A stretch of 15,103 nucleotides of DNA, taken from an uncultured bacterium. GTDB lineage: Bacteria > SAR324 > NAC60-12. Numbering within the stretch: the stretch's first letter is position 1; every line of letters starts with the position of its first letter. Positions 1-9,400 of this stretch are shown here, piece by piece. The position numbers and the translations under genes are program-made. Under the pieces are notes generated by a model that worked only from the letters and a program-made list of their open reading frames with translations, made no database searches and was not told where the DNA came from. The stretch lies in the NCBI GenBank assembly GCA_965662845.1, contig CBFIJD010000054.1, positions 1 to 15,103 on the forward strand, in the 5' to 3' direction.

Positions 1-136
1 CAACCACATAGCAACAAGTGGCTGCGGTCTTATCCAGCTAAATATGGGTTCGATTCCTTATGCAGAACTTGACGGACTTGGTGAGCAAGCGCGCTGCGAA
101 TTTGTGAAAACATCTTTTCGTCTTTAACTTATTTTT

Positions 137-187
137 CTGTGAGAGTTTTGCCATTTTTTTCCAAAATCAGCTCTCACGGTTTTTCTT
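137..187 (+). terminator. possible intrinsic terminator (imperfect hairpin plus U-tract) upstream of the lipid-modification operon
   Basis: CTGTGAGAG (137-145) pairs with CTCTCACGG (171-179, one G-U pair). Inner TTTTG (146-150) pairs with CAAAA (162-166). TTTTTCTT follows directly at 180-187. Confidence 0.35.
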
Positions 188-352
188 CCTGCTCGTCTTT
201 TCTCCTTGGCTCTGCTAGATTCTCACGCTTTCCCCCGATTCCTTAGCCTCGCCGCTGTCGGTACAGTCTTTGTAGAAGTGACAACGAATTCACCGAAGTA
301 GCGCTGTGGGGGCTCTGGCTTCGGAAATCCAAGATTTCCAACGAGCGACTGT

Positions 353-1600
353 ATGAACATCGCAATCATTGGTGGTGGGATCTCGGGCCTCACCGCCGCA
401 TATCACCTTTATGCCGAGCACAGCGTCACGATGTTCGAAGCCGCCTCGCATCTGGGTGGACACTCCAACACGGTCACCGTCGAACGACCAGAGGGTTCGT
501 TTGCCGTCGATACTGGGTTCATTGTCTACAACGACTGGACCTATCCAAACTTCATTCGTCTGCTCACAGAAATTGGGATTGAAGGCCAACCCACGGAGAT
601 GAGCTTTAGCGTGAAGGACGAGCTGAACAACCTAGAGTACAACGGTCACACGCCGGACACTCTCTTTGCCCAACGCCTGAACCTCATCCGTCCGTCCTTC
701 TGGCGAATGTTGTTTGACATCATGCGCTTTAACAAAGAGGCGCGCGCGCTGCTGCACGAAAACGAAAGCGAAGCGACCTTGGGCGACTTCCTCAAAGCCG
801 GCAACTACTCCTCAGAGTTCTGCAATCAATACATTGTGCCGATGGGGGCAGCGATCTGGTCAACGAGCACAGAGCGGATGTTAGACTTCCCTGTGCGCTA
901 CTTCGCGCGCTTCTTTGAAAATCATGGCCTGCTCAACTTAGTCAAGCGCCCGCAGTGGTACACAATCCCTGGGGGCTCCAAAGAATACGTCAAACGCCTC
1001 TCCGCGCCTTTCGCCCAGAACATCCGCCTGAACACACCCGTCGCCTCTGTGAAGCGGAGCCCCGCCTTTGTGGAGATCACCACTGAAGCGCACGGGACAG
1101 AGCGCTTTGACGAGGTCATCTTCGCCTGTCACAGCAACCAAGCGCTGCGCATTCTCAACGACCCAACCCCAGCAGAGACCAAGATCCTCGGCGCGATCCC
1201 GTACCAAGCGAACGAGACCATCTTGCACCAAGACATCTCGCTAATGCCGAAACGGCCCAAAGCGTGGGCCAGCTGGAACTATCACCTCGCAGACGAACAG
1301 ACCGGCAACGTCGCCGTGACCTACAACATGAACATTCTACAGCAGCTAAAAGGCCCCCACTTCTTGGTGACATTGAACCGCACGAACCAAATCGAGCCTG
1401 AGCAAATTTTGCATCGCGTAGACTATGAGCACCCAGTTTACACAAACAGCAGCGTCGCCGCGCAACAGTGCCATCACGAGATCAGCGGAGTGAATCGTAC
1501 CCACTACTGTGGAGCTTACTGGCGCCATGGCTTTCATGAAGACGGCGTGGTGAGCGCGATGGAAATGCTGAAGCGGATGCCACTCCAAAAAGCCGCCTAA
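353..1600 (+). CDS. FAD-dependent oxidoreductase, amine oxidase-like (COG2907 type; UfaD / Rv0449c-like fatty acyl desaturase candidate)
   Basis: 415 aa. Rossmann motif [12 protein letters not shown], then [33 protein letters not shown] and C-terminal [14 protein letters not shown], all typical of this family. Sits next to DUF1365 and cfa-like genes. Confidence 0.9.
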   Translation: MNIAIIGGGISGLTAAYHLYAEHSVTMFEAASHLGGHSNTVTVERPEGSFAVDTGFIVYNDWTYPNFIRLLTEIGIEGQPTEMSFSVKDELNNLEYNGHTPDTLFAQRLNLIRPSFWRMLFDIMRFNKEARALLHENESEATLGDFLKAGNYSSEFCNQYIVPMGAAIWSTSTERMLDFPVRYFARFFENHGLLNLVKRPQWYTIPGGSKEYVKRLSAPFAQNIRLNTPVASVKRSPAFVEITTEAHGTERFDEVIFACHSNQALRILNDPTPAETKILGAIPYQANETILHQDISLMPKRPKAWASWNYHLADEQTGNVAVTYNMNILQQLKGPHFLVTLNRTNQIEPEQILHRVDYEHPVYTNSSVAAQQCHHEISGVNRTHYCGAYWRHGFHEDGVVSAMEMLKRMPLQKAA

Positions 1601-1608
1601 GGAACCCT

Positions 1609-2373
1609 ATGCACAGCTGCATTTATGAAGGACAAATCCGGCACCGCCGCTTCCAACCCGCGTATCACGACTTCACCTACCCAATCTATCTGACGTACTT
1701 AGACTTGGACGAGATGAGTACGATTTTTCAGAAGAGTCGGCTCTGGTCTTACGAGAAGCGCAACCTCGTACAATTCCGACGCGCCGATTATCACGGCAAC
1801 GCGCAACAACCGCTCGCCGGAGCCGTCCGCGACACTGTCCAAGCACAGGCCGGCTTTCGCCCCACCGGGCCCATCCGACTGCTGACGCATTTGCGCATCT
1901 GGGGAGTCGTCTTTAATCCCGTGAGCATCTACTACTGCTTTGATGACACAGGAGAGACCGTCACCGCGCTGTTGTTAGAGGTGACGAACACGCCGTGGGG
2001 CGAGACCCACTCCTATGTGCTAGACGCTCGCTCTCAAACCTCTGGAACCCAGCAAACGTATCGCTTCCGCAAAGACTTTCACGTCTCGCCCTTCATGGAG
2101 ATGGACTACGAATATGCCTGCGACTTCATCTTGCCAAGTCACGTGTTGGGGCTGCACATGGAAAATCAACGCGATGGGCGCACCGTTTTTGACGCGACGC
2201 TCTCGCTCCAGCGCCAAGCATTGAACGCCCGCAACATGGGGCGCGTTCTGTGGCAGCACCCTTTCATGACTGGCAAGGTCATGCTCGGCATTTATTGGCA
2301 AGCTCTGAAATTGTTTCTGAAGAAAGTACCGTTTCAACCGCACCCGCGCCGCCTTGCGGCTTCCTCAACCTAA
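1609..2373 (+). CDS. DUF1365 family protein (UfaO / Rv0448c-like)
   Basis: 254 aa. Motifs [57 protein letters not shown] ribosome-binding site at about 1599-1603, and only 8 bp after the upstream stop. Confidence 0.92.
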   Translation: MHSCIYEGQIRHRRFQPAYHDFTYPIYLTYLDLDEMSTIFQKSRLWSYEKRNLVQFRRADYHGNAQQPLAGAVRDTVQAQAGFRPTGPIRLLTHLRIWGVVFNPVSIYYCFDDTGETVTALLLEVTNTPWGETHSYVLDARSQTSGTQQTYRFRKDFHVSPFMEMDYEYACDFILPSHVLGLHMENQRDGRTVFDATLSLQRQALNARNMGRVLWQHPFMTGKVMLGIYWQALKLFLKKVPFQPHPRRLAASST

Positions 2374-2397
2374 CTTGGTGGCTCCGGAGACAACGCT

Positions 2398-3714
2398 ATG
2401 CCCGCATCCCGAACTCTGAATCTCCTGCGCGTCGGTCAGGCCAACGAACCGGACGCTCGTCCGACCGCAGGTCAGCCCTATGACAACCGCTGGAACCGCT
2501 TCTATCGTCGCAATGTGCTGCGCAAACTCTCGGTCCTCAAACGCGGGAAAATCACCTTGCAAGATGACCTCGCGACCACCGTCCTCGGGCAGACCGACGA
2601 GCACTGCCAGCTGCACGTGACCGTACGCGTCCACTCCGAGCAGATGTACATCAGCATGGCGTTGGGAGGCAGCATTGGCGTCGCCGAGTCTTACATGCGG
2701 GGCGAGTGGTCTTGCAACAACCTCACAGACTTGGTGCGCATTCTGGTGCTGAATCGCCAAGTCTTGAACGAAATGGGCGGCGGACTGGCCCGATTTGGCA
2801 TGATGCTGCACGAAGGCCTGCACAAGTTGGTGCGTCGGAACACGAAGACGGGCAGCCGCAAAAATATCTCTGCACATTATGACCTCGGAAACGACTTCTT
2901 CCGGCTCTTTCTTGATCCAACCATGATGTATTCCGCTGCGGTTTTTACAGAACAAACCAAGGGCCTAGAAGAGGCTTCTCGCCAGAAAATGGACCGCATC
3001 TGCCAAAAGCTCGATCTGCAGCCCAACGATCATTTGTTGGAGATTGGCACCGGCTGGGGAGGCTTCGCCCTGCACGCGGCTCAACAGTACGGATGCAAAG
3101 TCACCACAACGACCATCTCACAGGAACAATACAAGATGGCGCGTGAGCGGGTTCTCGCAGCAGGATTAGAGGGACAAGTGGAAGTGTTGCAGCAGGACTA
3201 CCGAGACTTGCAAGGCCAGTATGACAAACTGGTTTCGATTGAGATGATCGAAGCGGTGGGTCATCAATACTTTGAAGAGTACTTTCGCACCTGTAGCAAC
3301 CTGCTGAAAGAAGACGGCATGCTCTTGTTGCAGGCCATCACCATTGACGACCGCCGCTATGAAAAAGCCAAGAAGACCGTAGACTTCATTCAGCGCTACA
3401 TTTTTCCCGGAGGTTGCCTCCCCTCCATCAGCGTGATGTGCGACTCGCTGCGCAACACCACTGACATGTGCGTCTATCATCTGGAAGACATCACCCGGCA
3501 CTACGCCACGACGCTCGCCAAGTGGCGAGAACAGTTTTTTGCGAACTTAGACGAAGTCAAATCTCAGGGTTTCTCCGACGAGTTCGTGCGGATGTGGGAA
3601 TACTACCTCTGCTACTGCGAAGGCGGCTTTCGCGAGCGTGTGATCGGCACGGTCCACTTGGTCGCCACCAAACCTCTCTGCCGTCCCCGCGATTTGGTTG
3701 CTCCGCTAGTTTAG
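2398..3714 (+). CDS. cfa: cyclopropane-fatty-acyl-phospholipid synthase family SAM-dependent methyltransferase (Cfa/UfaM/UfaA1-like)
   Basis: 438 aa. ISAHYDLGNDFF..FLDPTMMYS, SAM motif LLEIGTGWG, VSIEMIEAVG, FIQRYIFPGG, MWEYYLCYCEGGF. GGAG at 2386-2389 before the ATG. Confidence 0.92.
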   Translation: MPASRTLNLLRVGQANEPDARPTAGQPYDNRWNRFYRRNVLRKLSVLKRGKITLQDDLATTVLGQTDEHCQLHVTVRVHSEQMYISMALGGSIGVAESYMRGEWSCNNLTDLVRILVLNRQVLNEMGGGLARFGMMLHEGLHKLVRRNTKTGSRKNISAHYDLGNDFFRLFLDPTMMYSAAVFTEQTKGLEEASRQKMDRICQKLDLQPNDHLLEIGTGWGGFALHAAQQYGCKVTTTTISQEQYKMARERVLAAGLEGQVEVLQQDYRDLQGQYDKLVSIEMIEAVGHQYFEEYFRTCSNLLKEDGMLLLQAITIDDRRYEKAKKTVDFIQRYIFPGGCLPSISVMCDSLRNTTDMCVYHLEDITRHYATTLAKWREQFFANLDEVKSQGFSDEFVRMWEYYLCYCEGGFRERVIGTVHLVATKPLCRPRDLVAPLV

Positions 3715-6120
3715 CCAGAAATATGCTCGCACATTGACGTCTTCCGGATTCGCTCGCAGCAGCGCCTTGCGGAAGACGTCAAATCTCCGCTGATGCTCCT
3801 CACCTTCTCCAATGACAAAAACATCGAGCAGATAGCTACCGGTATTGTCGTCATAGTAATCACGCGGCGGCGGATAAGCTCCGTCCACCACTGCAAAGGA
3901 GAGCTGCCCTTGCTCCCAACTCCGTTGTCTAAGCTTTGCAGCGTAGCCTCCCTTCTCTAGACGGAACCACAGGTTTCTTCCTGCCCCCTCCACACCATAG
4001 CGAATGTGAACATTTTGGTTGCTGATGGGTTGAGGTCCCCGGCGGCGGCACTTGGAGTGGGAGCAAGTCGAGACTTCTCCCGTCGCAAAGATGAAAATTT
4101 GATCATCTGGAGTAACCGTCAAATTTGTTTCGGTCCACGGATAGCTGGAACCGTAGACCTTGACGCGTTGATATCCTCTCAGATGAAAGCGCGAGTTGTA
4201 TTCTGGGAAAACGAGTGGATCTTCACAGCCAAAGTGAAGAAAAGAACACCCTGCGGTATCACGACTCTGCTCAACTAGGCGGGCGTACTCTTCGCGCAGC
4301 ATGGGCTGGGCTGGTTTGTCATCGCCTACAGCATTTGTTGTCTCGTTCTTCTCGGAAGAAAAGGCTCCATAAACCTCCCAGGCTGGTTTTTTGTCGTCGT
4401 CCACACCATTTGCTGTCTCAGCTATCACGTCTGATTCTACGACCCCGCTGCGCACACAAATCACCGAGCGAGGTTCCTCAAGATTTAGGCCGCTACTCAT
4501 TCTCGAGGCCAGATGAACTCCCCACACTCCACCACCGTTGTATCCGCTGTAAGGAGTGTTCGTCCAATAGAGGCCAAGGTCGTCGTCCGCGAATAGTTCT
4601 CTGAGTTTGCCTGATCGTTTCAAATTGAGGGCAAAGCTTTCCATTTCGCGTTTGGAAGGCAATCGCCAATCGTTCATCTCTTCCAACTGCTTCTGAGCGC
4701 AGTCTTCTCGGGCCACAGACCACACTCGTTGAACGGGGTTGCGTTCCCATGTCAAGTCGTTGCGGAGATCGACAATGACTTGCTTAGTCCAACGCAAATC
4801 TGAGGTAGCTCCTGATGTTGAGGGTGCCGTAGCTCGTGCGATCCGAACCTCTTGGTCGCGAGAGCTATCTTCTGGTAGGCGCGGGAATGAAGGAAAGGTG
4901 TTCTTCTCCTCTGATCCGTTCGGCGGAGAGCTGAGGGATGCTGGGGCAAGAGCTGCTTTTTGGGCTGCAGTCGCTTGCTCCCGAAGCTGTTCATCTTGTT
5001 CGGAGTATGGGTTGTCTGAGGCGAACGCGGTCAAAAAACGTGTCCAAGCTGCATTCCGCAGGGAAAGTTCTGTGCTGCTCTCTACAAATTTTTGTGTCTC
5101 TGAAAACGCGGCTGCCATACGCTGTTGGTAGCTGTCCCATTCCTTGCGCAGCTGCTCTTGCTGCTGTCGACGCGTTTCTTGCTCCGCCCGCCGGTCTTGG
5201 AGGTCGGCGAGAGAAAAGTCGTTTTGCGGGGGGAGCGCGATTGCCGTTTGGGAGGGGAGCAATTGCTCTTGAACATGAAATACAAAGTCGCCTTTGTCCA
5301 AGTTGCGATTTCGGATTTTTCCATACTGTGGGGTTTGCGTCCCCTTAGAATAATTGCTCACGGTACTGTACAGGAACAATCCCAACTCCGTACCAGTGAC
5401 AAAGCCGTCTCCGTTCGCATCAGCCTCTCCTTCCAGCCCTGCGACAAATTGTTCACGAAAGATGCTTTGGTCGGGGACCGTCTCGTCTGCGCTCCCTGCA
5501 GTGATGAATTGCCGGACTGGCGCCGTTGTCTGCTGAGAAATGTCGGTGGGAATGGCCCGCGACAGGGCAAACAGTTGCCCTGAAAAGCAGGAGTCAAATA
5601 GAAAGAGAGCGTGCTTGGATTGAATACGCTTGGCGTAGACTTCGATCATCTCCATATCCAGCGCTTGATCCAGAAAGCCGTCGCGATCTGTACGAGGATC
5701 TGTGGCATTGCTGGGGACCAAATACCCCATGTTCTCTCCATAACTCAGAGGCATTGTGTGCCCGTGCCCAGAGAAATAAAACAGCAGCCGATTTTCGGGA
5801 TCACGACCGTGTTCACGAATGAAACGATCGAAGGCCCGCCGTAGCTCTGGACCTTCTGGATCGGCGACAACAGTGACGTTGAACCCATTACGTTCCAGCG
5901 CGACTTGCAGGTCTTGCATATCCTCTTTGACCCCAGGCAGGTCGGGCCAGCCTGCCGTATAATCGCTCACTCCGATAAGCAGAGCGTGGCTCTCAGCATA
6001 CAAATCTACGGGGCGCCCTTGATCGTTTGGGATGACGACTCGGCGCAACCCTCGCTGAGTTTGTGCGGATGTGCTTGTGCTGAGCAACACTCCCACGACA
6101 AGCAACCAAATCCATCTCAT
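3706..6120 (-). CDS. secreted caspase-family (peptidase C14) protein with DUF1566 domain and C-terminal putative lectin-like domain
   Basis: Start reassigned from 6177 to ATG 6120 (804 aa) because AGGAG lies at 6129-6125 and a Sec signal peptide follows (MRWIWLLVVGVLLSTSTSA). Caspase motifs: HALLIGVSDY, FYFSGHG (His codon 5766-5764), FLFDSCFSG (Cys codon 5589-5587). DUF1566 motifs VD..NDLTWE, DWRLPSKRE, YWT, VICVR at about 4780-4450. Overlaps the cfa 3' end by 9 bp, convergently. Confidence 0.85.
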   Translation of the reverse strand: MRWIWLLVVGVLLSTSTSAQTQRGLRRVVIPNDQGRPVDLYAESHALLIGVSDYTAGWPDLPGVKEDMQDLQVALERNGFNVTVVADPEGPELRRAFDRFIREHGRDPENRLLFYFSGHGHTMPLSYGENMGYLVPSNATDPRTDRDGFLDQALDMEMIEVYAKRIQSKHALFLFDSCFSGQLFALSRAIPTDISQQTTAPVRQFITAGSADETVPDQSIFREQFVAGLEGEADANGDGFVTGTELGLFLYSTVSNYSKGTQTPQYGKIRNRNLDKGDFVFHVQEQLLPSQTAIALPPQNDFSLADLQDRRAEQETRRQQQEQLRKEWDSYQQRMAAAFSETQKFVESSTELSLRNAAWTRFLTAFASDNPYSEQDEQLREQATAAQKAALAPASLSSPPNGSEEKNTFPSFPRLPEDSSRDQEVRIARATAPSTSGATSDLRWTKQVIVDLRNDLTWERNPVQRVWSVAREDCAQKQLEEMNDWRLPSKREMESFALNLKRSGKLRELFADDDLGLYWTNTPYSGYNGGGVWGVHLASRMSSGLNLEEPRSVICVRSGVVESDVIAETANGVDDDKKPAWEVYGAFSSEKNETTNAVGDDKPAQPMLREEYARLVEQSRDTAGCSFLHFGCEDPLVFPEYNSRFHLRGYQRVKVYGSSYPWTETNLTVTPDDQIFIFATGEVSTCSHSKCRRRGPQPISNQNVHIRYGVEGAGRNLWFRLEKGGYAAKLRQRSWEQGQLSFAVVDGAYPPPRDYYDDNTGSYLLDVFVIGEGEEHQRRFDVFRKALLRANPEDVNVRAYFWLN

Positions 6121-6475
6121 ACTTCTCCTGAAAAATTCATTTTGGAAAATCATGAATGAGAAAACCGCAAGATGCAACGCGCAGGTCTAAGCACGTCTGG
6201 CTCCGGATTTTGGTCACGCAGATGTCTCAACCTCTTGATGGCTGCATAGAGAACGCCGGTTCGTGCTCGAAGCAAGATTTTTTAATTTCCAGAAGAAAGC
6301 GCCTAAGTATCTGAAATTTATAGTTGCTAGGATCACAAACCCTGCTACGTTTCTGCGTCGAAAAAACAACGGCGCTTTGTCACAAAAAAGCAAACAGCCT
6401 TTGCTAGCCTCATACACCCGCACAACACCAGGCTCTTTTTAATAAGTAAGCAACCTATACAACGTGATTTGTCTT
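6121..6475. promoter_or_regulatory. AT-rich divergent intergenic region, expected to hold promoters for the caspase gene and the giant lipoprotein gene
   Basis: 355 bp between two divergent starts, with A/T tracts and a short dyad TTTGT-C-ACAAA at 6376-6386. No convincing -35/-10 pair identified. Confidence 0.45.
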
Positions 6476-9400
6476 ATGCGCACTCAACTGCTTGTTCTAC
6501 TCAGCGTCTCTCTGTTTCTGTTGAACTCCTGTGCCCCCTTGCCCAACGAGGGGAGCCAGACCGAACAAGCTGAGGTCAAGCTACAGCTACAGCATCGGAC
6601 CACAACTTTGGGGAGCGCCCGCACAGGCACAGAGACCCGCGCCACCGAGTTCATTGTGGTCGTTGACGGAGAGACGCTCTTCGCTGCGGCTGGGCCTGCA
6701 GACGACGTTGTTCAGGCTTCTGGGCTCTTAGATGTCACAACCAATCAACTCAGCCTCACGCTCCCGCTCGACACGTCGATTCGCCTCTTCGCCTACCGCT
6801 ACGCCGAGGCTCTCACTCTGACCGAGCTCCAAACCCGCCTCGCCAACCAGACTCTGGACACCGGCGCTATCGACTATGGCAAGACAGAGCCCTTCTCCAT
6901 CGCAGCCGACTCCTCCACCCAATCCCTCAACATAACGGTCTTGCTGCAACGCGAAGCGGTCTTCCTTGACGCCGCCGTCGAGGGCCTGCAAGCCGAGACC
7001 GTTGACGGAGCACAAACCACCGACGCAGATGGCATGTTCGTCTATTTCCCCGACGAGACCGTCTCCTTCTCGGTTGGTGGAATTGAGCTTGGGAGCCAGA
7101 CAAACCCGACTGTCGTGACGCCCTATTCCCTACTGAACGTCACCGAAGGCCAGAGCGCTGACAGCGTCACGAACTTGGTGCGCCTGCTCCTGACCCTTGA
7201 TGACGATGGGGACGCGAATAACGGGATTCAGCTCAGCAGCGGCGTGATCAGCAACACGGCCTCCGCCAGCGTCAACTTCAACCAGTCTACCGCTGCTTTT
7301 GCGAGCAGCCTCGCCGCCAGCATCAGCAATTGGACGGCAGGGAACCAAGTTCCACAGACCGCGTTGGTCGACGAAGAGCTGGCCTTAGAGCACCTGACCC
7401 TCTTGCTGGAGCGCAAGAACACCGCCCTCAGCGTGGAGACCGTCGTCCCCGTCGCGAGCAGCACCGAGGTGCCCTTAGACACCTTGCTGGTAGCCGCCTT
7501 CAATGAGCCCTTGCGAGCTTCGAGTGTTGCCAACGCCTCGGCGCTGACGCTGACCTCTGCCGGGGGCGCTACGGTCTCAGGGACCCTCACGACCCAAAAC
7601 AGCCAGCTGATCTTCACGCCTGCGAGCCTCTTGAGCCCGAATACCGTCTACTCGGCGCAGCTCAGCAGCGAGCTGCAAGATCAGGAGGGGAGCGCGCTCG
7701 GAGCCCCGTTTAGCTGGAGTTTTACAACAGGAACCAGCAGCGGCGGGGGCTTCCCGAACAGCAGCAGTACCAGCCCCGACAACGGCAGCACCGACGTCGT
7801 CCTCGACATTGTGCTCGCAGCCTACTTTGATGGAGTCATTCTGCCTGAAGGCGACGAGCTCTGGAGCGTGCAAGACAGCGACGGCAACGTGATCTCCTGT
7901 GAGAGCGGATACACCATCGTCGCGGTCTACTGCGTCCCGACGGAGAACTTAGCCGCAAACACTACCTACACCGCGAGCGTGCTGCCCAACTTGCGTTCCC
8001 AGAGCGGGATCGCCATGAGCGAAGCCTACTCTTTCAGCTTTACAACCGGCGAATCCCTGAGCACGACGGGCACCTACCTCACCCACGTCGGCAGCTTTCA
8101 GGACAACTACACCCGTGAGCCAGAAGTCCACCTGATTGTCTCTGGAGATCGCAACGCAGACGAGCTCCGCTATGTACTCACAGAGAGCGAGAGCGCTCCG
8201 AGCAGCAGCGCCTTAGATTGGCAAGAACCCTTGGGCTACCCAGTGCAGGTGCCCTTTGCCTTGAGCGCAGGAGAAGCTGGACGCCGCACCGTGACCGCTT
8301 GGTTTGACAACACGAACACCGTCGTCAACAGCGTCTCTGCTGAGGTGGTGTTTGATGACGTGTCCCCGACCGGGACTCTCGCTTTTGCCGTCCCCACCAC
8401 CAACGCCGACAATATCAGCGTGACCGTCAGCGGCAACGACGCGCTCAGCCCGATTGGCTGGTACTACCTGAGCCGAGACAACACGACCGCGCTGCTACGC
8501 GACGCAGAGCAGTGGATTCCGGTGGACACCCCCTCCCTCACCACCGAGTTTGCCGTCGAGCGCTCCTTAGACAACAGCACGGAAGGGACGATCACCCTCT
8601 ATGGCTGGCTGCTCGACTATGCGGGGAACATCTCCGAGAGCTTCGGCGACTCCTTCCTCTTCGACACCACAGCCCCCAGCCTCAGTGGCTTCACGATCGC
8701 CGGCAGCGCCAGCTTCACCAACAATGACGAGATCAACGTCAGCTTCACGGCGAGCGACAACCTCTCTGGCATCGCCTACTACTCCCTGAGCGAAGACAAC
8801 GCCACTCCCGCCGTCACCAGTGAGGTGTGGCTCCCCTACGCTGGAGATAATCTGAGCTATGCCTTCGTTGATAACACCACCGAAGAGCTCAAGACCGTCT
8901 ATCTATTCCTGCAAGACAACGCCTCAAACATCGTCAGCACCTCCGCCAGCGTGATCTATGACATCACCTCTCCCACCGTGACCGCGATCACGCCGCTGGA
9001 CAACACGACAGGGCTGTTTGCCGATGACTTGACCCTAACCGTCAACTTCAGTGAACCCGTCGCGACAACCTCGCTGACGGCAGAGACCGACTGTAGCGGC
9101 AGTGTGCAGCTCTACGCGGAGGACGATAACGCCTCGGCGTGCGTGCCGCTGACGTTCTCTTTCTCTGCAGACAACCAGACCGTGACCCTCACACCGAACC
9201 TGTATCCTGAGCAGAATGTAGAGCGGGGCACTCGCTATCAGCTGGTTTTGACGGACGACATCACTGACCGCGCCCTGAACCCCCTCGAGCGCTTTGAGAC
9301 CGTGGGAGGCTTGCTCACAGCCAGCTTCTCAGGGCAAGGAACCGCCGAGTCGCCCTTCTTGCTCAACTATCCAGAGCAAATCGTCGAGTTGTCGGCCACC

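Noticed and set aside
44..61. tRNA T-loop-like GGGTTCGATTCC
   Set aside because: The T-stem pairs for only about 3 bp, spacing to the D-arm-like TAGC is too short, and no acceptor stem or CCA end is evident.
1..127. Possible 3' end of an upstream CDS (frame 2 open until TAA at 125-127)
   Set aside because: Too short, with no recognisable motif; cannot be supported from this window.
2365..2955. 196-aa minus-strand ORF and other short ORFs overlapping the first four genes
   Set aside because: Fully overlap well-supported genes and show no family features.
3706..6120. Caspase as part of an anti-phage system (CRISPR type III, gasdermin or Avs-associated)
   Set aside because: It carries a secretion signal, and no CHAT/TPR, NTPase, gasdermin or cas genes are adjacent in the window.
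6121..6177. Longer N-terminus (start at 6177) for the caspase gene given by the ORF track
   Set aside because: ATG 6120 has an upstream AGGAG and places the signal peptide at the N-terminus.
6214..6423. 69-aa minus-strand ORF in the divergent intergenic region
   Set aside because: AT-rich, non-ATG start and no motif; more likely promoter DNA.
8960..9315. Taxonomic assignment (SAR324/deltaproteobacteria-like) from the CSGSVQL...C Ig-like variant
   Set aside because: Based only on recollection of similar proteins; there is no marker gene in the window, so it is not claimed.
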